Positions 8,023 to 18,252 of a stretch of DNA of 64,000 bases are shown here, piece after piece; within the stretch, counting starts at the first letter, position 1; every line of letters begins with the position of its first letter. The position numbers and the translations under genes were made by a program. The notes under the pieces were generated by a model, which searched no databases, was not told the origin of the DNA, and saw nothing but the letters and a program-made list of their open reading frames with translations. Source of the stretch: Eubacteriales bacterium (GTDB lineage: Bacteria > Bacillota > Clostridia > Oscillospirales > UMGS1783); the NCBI GenBank assembly GCA_045541395.1, contig JAZQIZ010000027.1, positions 14,006 to 78,005 on the forward strand. Reading direction: 5' to 3'.

Positions 8023-8078
8023 AGGGCGCTCCCCTTTCTATATTACTACCATAATATATGAGAACGCCCTGTGAAAAA

Positions 8079-9320
8079 TTACTCAAAATAGCCTTTATAA
8101 AATTCTTCTTTTTCGGGGGCACCAACCACCGAAATACTTATATTATCATAATTCAGAATACTGTTAGCGAAACTGTAGATATCAGATAAGGTTACGCTTT
8201 CAATTCTTGAGATTATATCATCCTCGCTTAAAATACCCGTATTGAATATTTCTTTGCGGGCCAGAAACTTCATTTTAGAAGAGGTACTTTCCATATCCAT
8301 AACAACGGCACTTTTAAGCTGCTGTTTTGCGCGAACCAATTCCTCTTCGGTTATGCCGTTTTTCTTAATATCATCCAGTTCTTTTCGAATGATCTCAAGG
8401 CATTTATCCTGAGATTTAGGGTTAAGAGCGGTATAGATACTGTAAAGTCCTGCATCACTGTAAGAGGAAAACTGAGCGGAGACGGAGTATGCAAGGCCCG
8501 ATCTTTCCCTTATTTTCTGAAACAGACGGGAGGACATACCGCCGCCTAAGACTGAAGTAAAAAGAGACTGATGATACTTGCGCTTATCGAACATATCTAT
8601 ACCCTTAAAGCCGATGCACATATGATTCTGCTCTATAGACTTTTCGGTTAAAATAATACTGTTATGATACTGAGTATCCTTGGCGGTCTTAACCTTATTC
8701 CCTTCAGGAGCATTGGAAAACAGCTCCTCGCACTTTGAAAGAAAGTCGCTTTCGTTTATATTTCCGCATGCGGCAACAAAAATATTACTGCCTGTATACG
8801 CCTTCAGAAGCTCTTTTCTGAGATTTTCAGGGTTAATTGCATTGACAGTTTCGGGCGTGCCTAAGATCTCCTTGCCTAAGGGTGAGGTTCGCCATACGTT
8901 TTCCGTAAGACGGCCTAAGGAAAGGTCATCCGGGCTATCTTCATACATTGCAATTTCTTCTAAAATGACCTTACGCTCATTTTCAGTTTCTTCCTCGTTA
9001 TAGGCAGGGTTTAAAACCATATCTGCCAGAATGGTAAGGCCTTTATTAAGGTGCTCCGAAAGCATTCTGCCGTAATAGCAGGTTATTTCCTTGGCGGTAA
9101 AGGCGTTTATATCACCGCCCATACTGTCAAACTCCTGAGCAATAAGGTCGGTTGAGCGGGTCTTAGTACCTTTGAAGGCCATATGTTCCATATAATGGGC
9201 CATACCGGATATACTGTCACCAACACTTCCGCCCAAAACCCATATGCCAACGGAAACGCTTTTAACATAATTTAATTTTTCCCACAGAACGGTAACACCA
9301 TTGCTTAGTATTTTCTTCAT
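8079..9320 (-). CDS. M16-family (insulinase/pitrilysin-like) zinc peptidase
   Basis: 413 aa with the HxxEH motif (HYMEHMAFKGT). Its position downstream of pnp matches other Firmicutes (ymxG/mlpA-like). Confidence 0.85.
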   Translation of the reverse strand: MKKILSNGVTVLWEKLNYVKSVSVGIWVLGGSVGDSISGMAHYMEHMAFKGTKTRSTDLIAQEFDSMGGDINAFTAKEITCYYGRMLSEHLNKGLTILADMVLNPAYNEEETENERKVILEEIAMYEDSPDDLSLGRLTENVWRTSPLGKEILGTPETVNAINPENLRKELLKAYTGSNIFVAACGNINESDFLSKCEELFSNAPEGNKVKTAKDTQYHNSIILTEKSIEQNHMCIGFKGIDMFDKRKYHQSLFTSVLGGGMSSRLFQKIRERSGLAYSVSAQFSSYSDAGLYSIYTALNPKSQDKCLEIIRKELDDIKKNGITEEELVRAKQQLKSAVVMDMESTSSKMKFLARKEIFNTGILSEDDIISRIESVTLSDIYSFANSILNYDNISISVVGAPEKEEFYKGYFE

Positions 9321-9330
9321 AAATTACTCC

Positions 9331-9360
9331 AAAAAAATGGGGTATCTTAAAGATACCCCA
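9331..9360 (-). terminator. rho-independent terminator/attenuator after pnp
   Basis: 10-bp stem TGGGGTATCT/AGATACCCCA (9338-9360) with a 3-nt loop. On the minus strand it is followed by a 7-U run (9331-9337). Confidence 0.7.
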
Positions 9361-9368
9361 ATAATATT

Positions 9369-11492
9369 TTACTGCTGTTCTTCTGCTGCTTTCTTTTCTG
9401 CTTCGCGTTCTAAGAGTACAGCCTTTCTGGACAGATTGATTCTGCCCTGATCGTCAATTTCAACAACCTTAACCCAGATCTCATCGCCTACGGTTACGCA
9501 ATCTTCAACGGTAGGAACTCTCTTGGTATCAAGCTGAGAGATATGAACAAGACCTTCTCTGCCGGGAGCAAACTCAACAAATGCGCCGAACTTCATAAGT
9601 CTTGTAACGGTGCCCTTATAATTGGAGCCGATCTCAGGGTCCTCAACAATAGCCTTAATGGTAGCCATTGCGGTTTTGCCGCCTTCTGCATCGTAGGTAG
9701 CAATAAAGAGTCTGCCGTCATCTTCAATATCGATCTTGGTGTTGGTTTCGGCCTGGATCTTCTGAATTACACAGCCGCCCTTACCGATAACGTCTCTGAT
9801 CTTATCGGGGTTAATGTTCATCATAAGCATCTTAGGAGCATAAGCGGAAAGCTCTTCTCTGGGCTTATCGATAGCCTTTAAAATAACCTCGTCAATGATT
9901 TTGAAACGTGCCTTTTCGGTTTTATCAAGAGCATCGGCAATGATCTCGGGAGTAAGACCGTCTATCTTAAGGTCCATCTGAATGGCGGTAATACCGGCCT
10001 TGGTACCTGCAACCTTAAAGTCCATATCACCGAAGAAGTCTTCAATACCCTGAATGTCAACCATAGTTACCCATCTGTCTTCATCGGTAACAAGACCGCA
10101 GGAGATACCTGCTACGGGAGCCTTAATGGGAACACCTGCATCCATAAGAGCGAGGGTGGAACCGCATACGGAGCCCTGAGAGGTAGAACCGTTGGAAGTA
10201 AGAACTTCGGAAACAAGGCGGATAGCATAAGGGAATTCTTCCTCGCTGGGGATAACGGGAAGGAGGGCTCTTTCAGCAAGAGCGCCATGGCCTATTTCTC
10301 TTCTGCCTGCGCCTCTGGAAGGCTTCGCTTCGCCTACGGAGTAACCGGGCATATTGTAATGGTGCATATATCTCTTGTTTTCTTCTTCGTCAATACCGTC
10401 AAGGATCTGAGCGTCGCCGATCATACCTAAGGTTGCGATAGTCATAACCTGAGTCTTACCTCTTGCGAACATACCGGAACCGTGAACTCGGGGAAGAAGG
10501 GAAACTTCTGCGTGCAGGGAGCGCATATCGTTCAGGGTACGGCCGTCTACACGCTTGCCTTCGTTTATGATCTGATGACGAACGATCTGCTTCTGTAATT
10601 TATAGAGGCATTCGCCCAGCATCTTGGTATCCTCATACTTTTCTGCAAAGTATTCGTAAACTTCATCGGAAACAGCCTTAATAGACTTATCTCTTGTGAT
10701 CTTATCTGCAGTGTTGATAGCAGCGGTTATCTTTTCCTTAGCAAAAGCTTCAACGTCCTCATACATATCATGATCTACAGACATATCGGTATAGCTGAAC
10801 TTAGGCTTGCCAACTTCGGCAACAATAGAATTAATGAATTCTACCATTTCGCGGCAAACCTCATAGCCCTTCATAATACCGTCATACATTTCCTTGTTGG
10901 TAACTTCCTTAGCACCTGCTTCGATCATTACAACCTTTTTTGCGGAACCTACAACGGTAGTAGCCATACGGCTCTTTTCGCGCTGTTCCAGGGTGGGGTT
11001 AATAATGTATTCGCCGTCAATAAGGCCAACGGAAACACCTGCAACAGGGCCGTTCCAGGGAATATCGGAAATTGCAATGGCAATAGAAGCGCCCAGCATA
11101 CCTGCGATCTCAGGAGAGTTATCCTGTTCAACAGAAAGAACGGTAATGCTGATAGCAACGTCATTTCTCATATCCTTGGGGAATAAGGGACGTAAAGGAC
11201 GGTCAATAACACGGGAAGCTAAAATAGCCTTCTCGGAAGGTCTGCCCTCTCTCTTTAAGAAGCCGCCGGGGATCTTACCTACAGCGTAAAGCTTTTCTTC
11301 AAAGTCTACGGAAAGGGGGAAGAAATCTATACCCTCTCTGGGAGCGGCAGAAGCGGTGGCGGTAGCTAAAATAACGGTATCGCCGTATCTTACGATACAA
11401 GCACCGTTTGCAAGCTCAGCCATTTTGCCGGTTTCAACTACTAAAGGACGGCCGGCGAAGGTTGTTTTGAAAACTCTGAAATTTTCGTACAT
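9369..11492 (-). CDS. pnp: polyribonucleotide nucleotidyltransferase (PNPase)
   Basis: 707 aa with two RNase PH-like halves. Contains FFGDMDFKVAGT and C-terminal KH and S1 regions. Synteny with rpsO. Confidence 0.97.
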   Translation of the reverse strand: MYENFRVFKTTFAGRPLVVETGKMAELANGACIVRYGDTVILATATASAAPREGIDFFPLSVDFEEKLYAVGKIPGGFLKREGRPSEKAILASRVIDRPLRPLFPKDMRNDVAISITVLSVEQDNSPEIAGMLGASIAIAISDIPWNGPVAGVSVGLIDGEYIINPTLEQREKSRMATTVVGSAKKVVMIEAGAKEVTNKEMYDGIMKGYEVCREMVEFINSIVAEVGKPKFSYTDMSVDHDMYEDVEAFAKEKITAAINTADKITRDKSIKAVSDEVYEYFAEKYEDTKMLGECLYKLQKQIVRHQIINEGKRVDGRTLNDMRSLHAEVSLLPRVHGSGMFARGKTQVMTIATLGMIGDAQILDGIDEEENKRYMHHYNMPGYSVGEAKPSRGAGRREIGHGALAERALLPVIPSEEEFPYAIRLVSEVLTSNGSTSQGSVCGSTLALMDAGVPIKAPVAGISCGLVTDEDRWVTMVDIQGIEDFFGDMDFKVAGTKAGITAIQMDLKIDGLTPEIIADALDKTEKARFKIIDEVILKAIDKPREELSAYAPKMLMMNINPDKIRDVIGKGGCVIQKIQAETNTKIDIEDDGRLFIATYDAEGGKTAMATIKAIVEDPEIGSNYKGTVTRLMKFGAFVEFAPGREGLVHISQLDTKRVPTVEDCVTVGDEIWVKVVEIDDQGRINLSRKAVLLEREAEKKAAEEQQ

Positions 11493-11513
11493 CTTTATTT
11501 CTCCTTTTCTTTA

Positions 11514-11600
11514 CGGAGAACGCCGAATGTTTAGCAGTTATGACAAGGGCCTAAGCCTTAAGCCCCTCTCATAACCGGTAAACATTTCTAGGCTTCTCCG
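11514..11600 (-). promoter_or_regulatory. long imperfect stem-loop in the pnp 5' leader
   Basis: Paired segments are CGGAGAA/TTCTCCG, AATGTTTA/TAAACATT, GTTATGA/TCATAAC and GGGC/GCCC around a CTTAAG centre. That is roughly 30 bp of pairing over 87 nt, ending 22 nt before the pnp ATG. Confidence 0.5.
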
Positions 11601-11610
11601 CAATAATTTT

Positions 11611-11641
11611 TAAAAATTGGGGGCGTTTATTAAAACGCCCC
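11611..11641 (-). terminator. rho-independent terminator after rpsO
   Basis: 9-bp stem GGGGCGTTT/AAACGCCCC (11620-11641). On the minus strand it is followed by CAATTTTT. Confidence 0.75.
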
Positions 11642-11649
11642 ATAATTTC

Positions 11650-11916
11650 TTACTTTCTGATACCAAGTTCAGCAATGATAGCACGGTATCTTTCGATATC
11701 TACCTTAATGAGATAGTTGAGAAGGTTTCTTCTCTTACCAACCATCTGCAGAAGGCCGCGACGGGAATGATGGTCATTCTTGTTGCTCTTAAGATGTTCA
11801 GTAAGAGTGTTGATTCTTTCGGTAAGAATAGCAATCTGTACTTCGGGAGAACCTGTATCGGTATCATGTCTCTTATGAGCGGCAATTATGGCCTGCTTAG
11901 CGTCTTTCTCCAGCAT
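11650..11916 (-). CDS. rpsO: 30S ribosomal protein S15
   Basis: 88 aa. Contains [35 protein letters not shown]. Confidence 0.97.
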   Translation of the reverse strand: MLEKDAKQAIIAAHKRHDTDTGSPEVQIAILTERINTLTEHLKSNKNDHHSRRGLLQMVGKRRNLLNYLIKVDIERYRAIIAELGIRK

Positions 11917-12063
11917 TGTTTGTTCCTCCTTTTTAGTATTTCACGGCCAAGCACAGCAGGGGGAAACAGGAATTCCTGAAAACCAGGCATACTCCACCCA
12001 ACCGAGCATAGCGTGCGCCTTTACGGACTTAGCTATTATACCACAACTGTTTTTAGTTGTAAA
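11917..12063 (-). promoter_or_regulatory. rpsO promoter (TTTACA-17-TGgTATAAT) and ~110-nt structured leader
   Basis: The -35 TTTACA lies at 12063-12058 and the extended -10 TGGTATAAT at 12043-12035. The leader contains CCTGGTTTTCAGG and the CAGGAATTCCTG palindrome. SD AAAGGAGG precedes the ATG. Confidence 0.5.
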
Positions 12064-12982
12064 TAGTTTTTTCAAAGAATTTAATAGCTTTTTCTCTGTC
12101 TGCCAGAACCGTACTTTTCAGTTCCTCAATGGAGGCAAATTTCTTCTCTTTTCTTAACATTTTAATAAATTCCACCTTTACAGTTTTTCCGTAAAGATCC
12201 TCATCTATACCTAAAACGTTGGTTTCAACGTTACAGCTAAGGGTATTTTCCACAGTTGGCCTTACACCAACGTTTGTAACACCACCGAGAATTTTGCCGT
12301 TTAAGGTGACCTGAGTAATATAAACTCCCCTTTGCGGAACAACACCGTATTGGTCGATAGCCTGATTGATGGTAGGAAAACCAAGCTGACGGCCTAAGTG
12401 TTTACCTTGAAGTACCTTGCCTGTAATAAAAAAGGGGCGCCCCAATAAGGACTTAGCCTTTTCCATTTGCCCTGAAGCAACAAAACCTCTTATGAGGGTT
12501 GAGCTTATAACCATTTCATCTTTAATTACAGGCTCAACACAAACAAAACCCAAATTGTTTTCCTTACAAAGCTTTTCCAGAAGAGCGGCGTTACCCTTGG
12601 CGTGTTTACCGAAACGGTAATGGAAGCCGCACACCAGAAGCTTTGCGTTGTAATTAGTTATAAGAAGATTTAAAAATTCTTCCGGTGAAAGGTTACGGGT
12701 ATTTGGAAAGCTTATATAAAAAACCTTTTCAAGGCCCATAGACTCAAGTATTTGGGCTTTCTCCTCATTATTTGTAATACGGGGAGAAACGCAGCTTCCT
12801 GCAAGATAGTTTTCAGGATCGGTCTCAAAAATAACCGCCGCAGGTGTAAGCCCTGAAGCCTTTGCGGCCACCGCCTGCTTTATAAGCTCGGCATGGCCTA
12901 AATGCACCCCGTCAAAATTGCCTAAGGCTATAGCCAGAGGTTTATCGGGGCTGTATTTATCATTTGGATAATATACCTCCAT
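12053..12982 (-). CDS. ribF: bifunctional riboflavin kinase / FMN adenylyltransferase
   Basis: 309 aa. Contains GNFDGVHLGH, and the C-terminal kinase half has GFPTIN. Synteny with truB. Confidence 0.93.
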   Translation of the reverse strand: MEVYYPNDKYSPDKPLAIALGNFDGVHLGHAELIKQAVAAKASGLTPAAVIFETDPENYLAGSCVSPRITNNEEKAQILESMGLEKVFYISFPNTRNLSPEEFLNLLITNYNAKLLVCGFHYRFGKHAKGNAALLEKLCKENNLGFVCVEPVIKDEMVISSTLIRGFVASGQMEKAKSLLGRPFFITGKVLQGKHLGRQLGFPTINQAIDQYGVVPQRGVYITQVTLNGKILGGVTNVGVRPTVENTLSCNVETNVLGIDEDLYGKTVKVEFIKMLRKEKKFASIEELKSTVLADREKAIKFFEKTIYN

Positions 12983-12985
12983 AGC

Positions 12986-13864
12986 TTACTCCTTTATGTT
13001 TACCCAAACCGCCTTTAAAGCGCCGTTTTTTCCTGCTCCTAAGCCTAAGAACTCTTTCTTCTTATTATAAACGCTAAAAAGTTCATTACCAACTTTACAG
13101 GAAAGCCTTTCTTTATTAATTACTCCGCCGTTGCAAAAGTAATTTACACCGGAGTCTTCTATTTCCACTTTACCTAAATGGGAAAATAATTCTTCCGGCC
13201 CAATAACAAGGCTTTGAGGGTTGCTGTTATTTTCAAGCTCATTAAGGCTTACGCAAAGGGATAAGGGTATACCCGCATCCATAGTACGCTCAAGGGCGGT
13301 CATTGTGGCAAGGCAGGAACATTCCTTTGCAATATCTTCGCAAAGGGTACGAATATAGGTTCCGCCTCCGCAAGCTACCTTTATTTTTGCTTCATTGCCT
13401 TCAAAGCTTAAAAGCTCTATACTGTCTATTCTTACCTTACGGGGGGCTGTTTCAACCTGAATGTTTTTTCGGGCATATTCATAAAGAGGAACTCCGTTTT
13501 TCTTTAATGCTGAATACATAGGGGGCTTTTGCATTATTTCCCCGCTAAATAGGCCTATGGCACTATTTATTTCCTCTAAAGAAGGAACCTTTGCTTTTTC
13601 TTCAAGAACAGCACCGGTTATATCGCCTGTATCGGTGCAAAAACCGAACCTGAAGGTAGCAATATACTCCTTTTTATCCGGCAGAAACTGAATAAGCTTA
13701 CAGGCGCGTCCCAGCATTACAGGCAAAACGCCGGTTGCCAAAGGGTCTAAAGTACCGGTATGTCCCGCTTGCTTCGTACCTAAAATACGGGATACCTTGC
13801 CTGTAACGTAACGGGAAGTAGGGCCTTGCTCTTTATTAACGGCAATAAGTCCTGTAATACCCAT
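12986..13864 (-). CDS. truB: tRNA pseudouridine(55) synthase
   Basis: 292 aa with GHTGTLDPLATGVLPV (catalytic Asp motif). Confidence 0.93.
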   Translation of the reverse strand: MGITGLIAVNKEQGPTSRYVTGKVSRILGTKQAGHTGTLDPLATGVLPVMLGRACKLIQFLPDKKEYIATFRFGFCTDTGDITGAVLEEKAKVPSLEEINSAIGLFSGEIMQKPPMYSALKKNGVPLYEYARKNIQVETAPRKVRIDSIELLSFEGNEAKIKVACGGGTYIRTLCEDIAKECSCLATMTALERTMDAGIPLSLCVSLNELENNSNPQSLVIGPEELFSHLGKVEIEDSGVNYFCNGGVINKERLSCKVGNELFSVYNKKKEFLGLGAGKNGALKAVWVNIKE

Positions 13865-14839
13865 TTATGCCTCCTCTAAAGCCGCATACTCTGCGTTTAT
13901 TTCGGCAAGGATTTTTTCAATCAGCTCATCAACGTTACCCTCTAAGGTACAGCCTGCTGCTCTTACGTGACCGCCGCCGCCCAAACGCTGACATACCTCA
14001 GACATATTGACCGAACCGTCGGAACGGGCGGATATTTTATAAACGTTAGGCTTTATTTCCCTCATTGTAATACCAACGTCCACACCCTCTATTTTTCTGG
14101 GCAGGGTCGCAATACCGTCGGTATCGTCGGTATCGGCGCCGGTTTCGTTCATCATATCAAGAGAAATAACCATAACCGCAATTGTTTTTCTTCTGAAAAA
14201 GCGAACACTTTTTATTGCGCGACTTTCAAGATCAAACTGTTCCCAGGACTTTTTTACGAACAGATGCTCGTTTAAGTAAGGGAGGTTTGCGCCCATTTCC
14301 ACAAGCTTTGCAGCTTTTTTCAGGGTAGTCGCGGTTGTGCTGTTATGCATAAAGCAGGCGGTATCGGTTGAAACCGCTGTATACAGCGCATTGGCAATTT
14401 CACTGCTCAAATCGGTTTTCATTGCAAGAATAATATCCAGCATGATTTCGCCGGTAGCGGCTGCCTTTGCATCTACAACGTTGTATTTACCGAAGCAGGG
14501 ATTGGAGGGATGGTGGTCTATATTAAGATCCACCCTTTCGGCATACTTCATAAGAGGTTCGCCGAAAAGCTTGGTTGCGCCAACGTCCACAGAAACTATG
14601 AAATCGGGCTCAAACTGAGGCCTAAGAATACTCTTACCGCCCGAAAGGAAGCAATACTTAGGTGTTATTTTATCGGCATTTACCACACAAACTCTTTTAC
14701 CTAAGGTAGAAAGAGCATGGTAAAGGGCAAAACAACTGCCTAAAGTATCGCCGTCAGGGTTGGCATGGCCGATTATCATAATTCTGTTTTGTTCAAGGAG
14801 TAATCTGGCTGCGGCAGATTTACTGATCTTCTTGCTCAT
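13865..14839 (-). CDS. nrnA: DHH/DHHA1 phosphoesterase (NrnA-type oligoribonuclease / pAp phosphatase)
   Basis: 324 aa with GHANPDGDTLGS, a DHH motif (NIDHHPSN) and C-terminal GGGGH. A 20-nt overlap with the rbfA 3' end. Confidence 0.8.
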   Translation of the reverse strand: MSKKISKSAAARLLLEQNRIMIIGHANPDGDTLGSCFALYHALSTLGKRVCVVNADKITPKYCFLSGGKSILRPQFEPDFIVSVDVGATKLFGEPLMKYAERVDLNIDHHPSNPCFGKYNVVDAKAAATGEIMLDIILAMKTDLSSEIANALYTAVSTDTACFMHNSTTATTLKKAAKLVEMGANLPYLNEHLFVKKSWEQFDLESRAIKSVRFFRRKTIAVMVISLDMMNETGADTDDTDGIATLPRKIEGVDVGITMREIKPNVYKISARSDGSVNMSEVCQRLGGGGHVRAAGCTLEGNVDELIEKILAEINAEYAALEEA

Positions 14840-15188
14840 CCTGCTCCTCCTTACTTATCTGCTTTAATATGTTATTGATTTTTGTGCCGTATTCAATGGA
14901 ATCATCAAGCTCAAAAATAAGCTGAGGAGTATTCCTTAGATCCAGCTTTTTTGCAAGCTCTCTGCGGCAATAGCCTGCCGCGGTTTTTAATGCCTTTATG
15001 CAATCCTTCTTAGCCTGATCTTCGCCTAAAACCGAAATATACACCTTTGCAAATTTAAGATCTTCGGTTACTCTGACGGACATAACGCTTGTCATTAAAG
15101 GAATACGGGGATCCTTTAAAGTACGGATTATCTGAGCCAGCTCCTTCTGGGCATCGGCATTTATTCTGTTAAGTCTATGACCTGCCAT
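14820..15188 (-). CDS. rbfA: ribosome-binding factor A
   Basis: 122 aa. Called from its position after infB and its overall sequence pattern. Confidence 0.9.
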   Translation of the reverse strand: MAGHRLNRINADAQKELAQIIRTLKDPRIPLMTSVMSVRVTEDLKFAKVYISVLGEDQAKKDCIKALKTAAGYCRRELAKKLDLRNTPQLIFELDDSIEYGTKINNILKQISKEEQDEQEDQ

Positions 15189-15203
15189 TTAAAACACTCA
15201 CCT

Positions 15204-17657
15204 TTATTCGGGTTTTACTTCGTCCATTACAAAGCCTTCAATAACGTCATTTTCTTTAATGTCGTTATACTTTTCAATGGACATACCGCATTCGTAGCCT
15301 TCGCTTACTTCCTTAACGTCATCCTTAAATCTCTTAAGAGAAGCAAGGTTGCCTTCAAAAATAACAATATTATCTCTTAAAAGACGAACGCTGCAGCCGC
15401 GCTGGATCTTACCGTCGGTTACGTAGCAGCCGGCAATAGAACCAACGCCGGAAACTTTAATTACCTGACGGATCTGAGCATGGCCTGTAATTCTTTCCTG
15501 GATCTTGGGAGCAAGCATACCCTTCATAGCAGCTTCAACCTCTTCTATGCAATCGTAAATAATTCTGTAGGTCTTTATCTGGATCTTATTACGGTTAGCG
15601 GAATCGGTAGCAGCATTATCGGGGCGAACGTTAAAGCCAACAACAAGCGCATTGGAAGCGGCAGCAAGCATAATATCGGATTCGTTTATACCGCCTACAC
15701 CCATATGAATAACGTTGACCTTAACTTCCTCATTGGAAAGCTTTTCAAGGGACTGCTTAACGGCCTCGGCACTGCCGCGAACGTCAGCCTTAACAATAAT
15801 ATTAAGATCTTTTGCGGTTCCTTCCTGAATACGGGAGAACAGATCCTCCAGGGAAACTGCATTGGCAGCCTTAAACTGTTCTTCCTTCTCGTTGAACTTT
15901 CTTTGTTCAACAAGCTCTCTTGCCATTCTTTCGTCCTCTACTGCGTGGAAAATATCACCCGCATCGGGAACTTCAGAGAGGCCTACTATTTCAACAGGAT
16001 CGGAAGGACCTGCTGTTTTAACAACTCTGCCCTTATCGTCGGTCATAACTCTTACACGGCCAACACAAGTACCTGCAATAATTGTATCACCGTGATGGAG
16101 AGTACCGTTCTGAACAAGAACTGTAGCAACGGGGCCTCTGCCCTTATCCAGCTTAGCTTCTATAACAATACCCTTAGCGGCTCTTTCGGGGTTAGCCTTA
16201 AGCTCTTTCATTTCCGCAACAAGAAGCACGGACTCAAGAAGGGTATCAAGACCTTCGCGCTTTATTGCAGAAACGGGAACGCAAATAACGTCGCCGCCCC
16301 ATTCTTCGGGAATAAGCTCGTATTCGGTAAGCTGCTGCTTGATTCTGTCAGGATTTGCAGTAGGCTTATCCATTTTATTGATAGCAACAACGATTTCAAT
16401 ACCTGCAGCCTTTGCATGGTTTATAGCCTCAATGGTCTGGGGCATAATACCGTCGTCAGCCGCAACTACCAGAATAGCAACGTCGGTTGCCTGAGCGCCG
16501 CGCATACGCATAGCGGTAAATGCTTCATGACCCGGGGTATCAAGGAAGGTAATATCCTGACCTTTCAGGTTAACCTTGTAAGCGCCTATATGCTGAGTAA
16601 TGCCGCCTGCTTCACCGGAAACAACGTTGGAATGACGCAGAGCGTCAAGCAGGGATGTCTTACCGTGGTCAACATGGCCCATAACAACAACAACGGGGTT
16701 ACGGGGAACGAGGTTTTCATCGGTATCTTCGCTTTCGTCAATAAGCTGTTCTTCTATGGTAACAACAACTTCCTGTGTAACCTTTGCGCCAAACTCTTCA
16801 GCAACAAGAGCAGCCGCATCGTAATCGATTACCTGGTTGGCAGTTGCCATAACACCAAGGTTCATAAGCTTTTTAATTACTTCGGCATTGGTTGCATGAA
16901 GCTTTGCAGCAAGGTCGTTAACCGCAATATTTTCAGGCAGAATAACAGAAATCTGAGGGCGCTTTGCTCTTTCGGCTTCTAAGCGCTTGATCTTTTCTGC
17001 TTCTGTTTCCTTTCTGCTTCTCTGGAACTTACCGCCGCCTTTCTTTAATTTCTGGAACTGACGGCCAAGATCCTTTGCTCTTTCCGGAGCAAGATCTTCA
17101 AGCTTCTGATCGTACTTGGAAAGGTCAACGTTTACACCCTTGGTGTCAACAATGCGCTTTTCAACAATGCCTCTTTCCTGGCGCTGACTACCGTCCTTCT
17201 TCTTGGCAGAGAAGGGCTTAGGATCGCTTACCTTATGCTCTGCAGGCTTATTAGCCTTGGGAGCTTCCTTCGGCTGAGGTTTATTGGACTTAGGCTGAGC
17301 CTTGGGGGCTTCCTTAGGCTGAGGCTTGGGCGCTTCCTTAGGTGAATCCTTTTTAGGCGCATCCTTCTTGGGTGCTTCCTTCTTTGGAGCCTCCTTCTTA
17401 GGCGCTTCTTTTTTCTCTTCCTTTACAGGCTGAGCGGTTTTGGGAGAATTAAGTATTTCGGCATACTTATCAAAGTTCTCCTGTGCCTTATTTTTTGCAT
17501 AGTAAGCAAAAAGCATATTAAGGTCATCATCAGTAAGAGCGGCCATATGGTTTTTAGGCTTTTCGCCGTACTTTTCCATTACTTCCATTACGGCAGTAGA
17601 CTGCTCTCCTATATCTTTACCGAATTCGTAAATTTTATATTTTAAAACTGTACTCAT
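15204..17657 (-). CDS. infB: translation initiation factor IF-2
   Basis: 817 aa. G-domain motifs [13 protein letters not shown] and NKMD are present. The N-terminal region is a low-complexity PKKEA repeat. Confidence 0.97.
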   Translation of the reverse strand: MSTVLKYKIYEFGKDIGEQSTAVMEVMEKYGEKPKNHMAALTDDDLNMLFAYYAKNKAQENFDKYAEILNSPKTAQPVKEEKKEAPKKEAPKKEAPKKDAPKKDSPKEAPKPQPKEAPKAQPKSNKPQPKEAPKANKPAEHKVSDPKPFSAKKKDGSQRQERGIVEKRIVDTKGVNVDLSKYDQKLEDLAPERAKDLGRQFQKLKKGGGKFQRSRKETEAEKIKRLEAERAKRPQISVILPENIAVNDLAAKLHATNAEVIKKLMNLGVMATANQVIDYDAAALVAEEFGAKVTQEVVVTIEEQLIDESEDTDENLVPRNPVVVVMGHVDHGKTSLLDALRHSNVVSGEAGGITQHIGAYKVNLKGQDITFLDTPGHEAFTAMRMRGAQATDVAILVVAADDGIMPQTIEAINHAKAAGIEIVVAINKMDKPTANPDRIKQQLTEYELIPEEWGGDVICVPVSAIKREGLDTLLESVLLVAEMKELKANPERAAKGIVIEAKLDKGRGPVATVLVQNGTLHHGDTIIAGTCVGRVRVMTDDKGRVVKTAGPSDPVEIVGLSEVPDAGDIFHAVEDERMARELVEQRKFNEKEEQFKAANAVSLEDLFSRIQEGTAKDLNIIVKADVRGSAEAVKQSLEKLSNEEVKVNVIHMGVGGINESDIMLAAASNALVVGFNVRPDNAATDSANRNKIQIKTYRIIYDCIEEVEAAMKGMLAPKIQERITGHAQIRQVIKVSGVGSIAGCYVTDGKIQRGCSVRLLRDNIVIFEGNLASLKRFKDDVKEVSEGYECGMSIEKYNDIKENDVIEGFVMDEVKPE

Positions 17658-17971
17658 ATATCTGCCTCCTCATGTGCGGCCTTATTTTTAAGTAGGTTCA
17701 AAAGACCGTCATTTCCTACCGAGAAAATAGCCATAGGTTTTACCCCTGCGGCATATCCCAGTTGTTCTTTAGTATATTTTAAAGAGATAATGCTTATATC
17801 GTTTCCAAGAGAATTTATAACCTCTTTTTTTGACCTTTCGGATATATCCACGGCAATAAACACCGTATTGATCTTCCCTGCAGATACTGCGCTGAAGGTC
17901 TCATCTCTGCCTCTTACAAGAGCGCCGGCCTTTTTGCAAAGGCCCAGGGCTGACAAAAAAGGGCTATTCAA
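17654..17971 (-). CDS. ylxQ: L7Ae-family RNA-binding protein (YlxQ-like)
   Basis: 105 aa in the conserved position between ylxR and infB. Confidence 0.8.
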   Translation of the reverse strand: MNSPFLSALGLCKKAGALVRGRDETFSAVSAGKINTVFIAVDISERSKKEVINSLGNDISIISLKYTKEQLGYAAGVKPMAIFSVGNDGLLNLLKNKAAHEEADI

Positions 17972-18233
17972 GGCTTAACAACTCACTTTCCAATGCATTA
18001 TACATCTCTTCGGAAATCGTTACTTCCAAAGAACGTTCTATGCGCTTTTGCTTACGCGCCTTTTTAAGACATTCGGCACTTTTGCAAATGTATGCGCCTC
18101 TGCCGGGCTTTTTACCCTGCAGGTCTATGCTTATTTCCCCTTGCGGACTTCTTACCACCCTTACAAGCTCAGCCTTAGGCTTAGACTCATTACAGCCGGT
18201 ACACATACGCATTGGGATCTTGCGTGTCTTCAT
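17964..18233 (-). CDS. ylxR: YlxR/RnpM-family (DUF448) RNA-binding protein
   Basis: 89 aa with R.C..C.....K.EL.R.V and GRGAY.C. Located downstream of nusA. Confidence 0.85.
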   Translation of the reverse strand: MKTRKIPMRMCTGCNESKPKAELVRVVRSPQGEISIDLQGKKPGRGAYICKSAECLKKARKQKRIERSLEVTISEEMYNALESELLSLE

Positions 18234-18252
18234 AAAAGCACTCTCCCTAAAA

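Noticed and set aside
15480-16982. 500-aa ORF on the plus strand, antisense to infB
   Set aside because: It lies entirely inside the well-supported IF-2 gene. Its translation is low-complexity (Asn/Leu/Phe/Ser-rich) with no recognisable motif, SD or promoter. Long antisense ORFs are expected opposite highly expressed, codon-biased genes.
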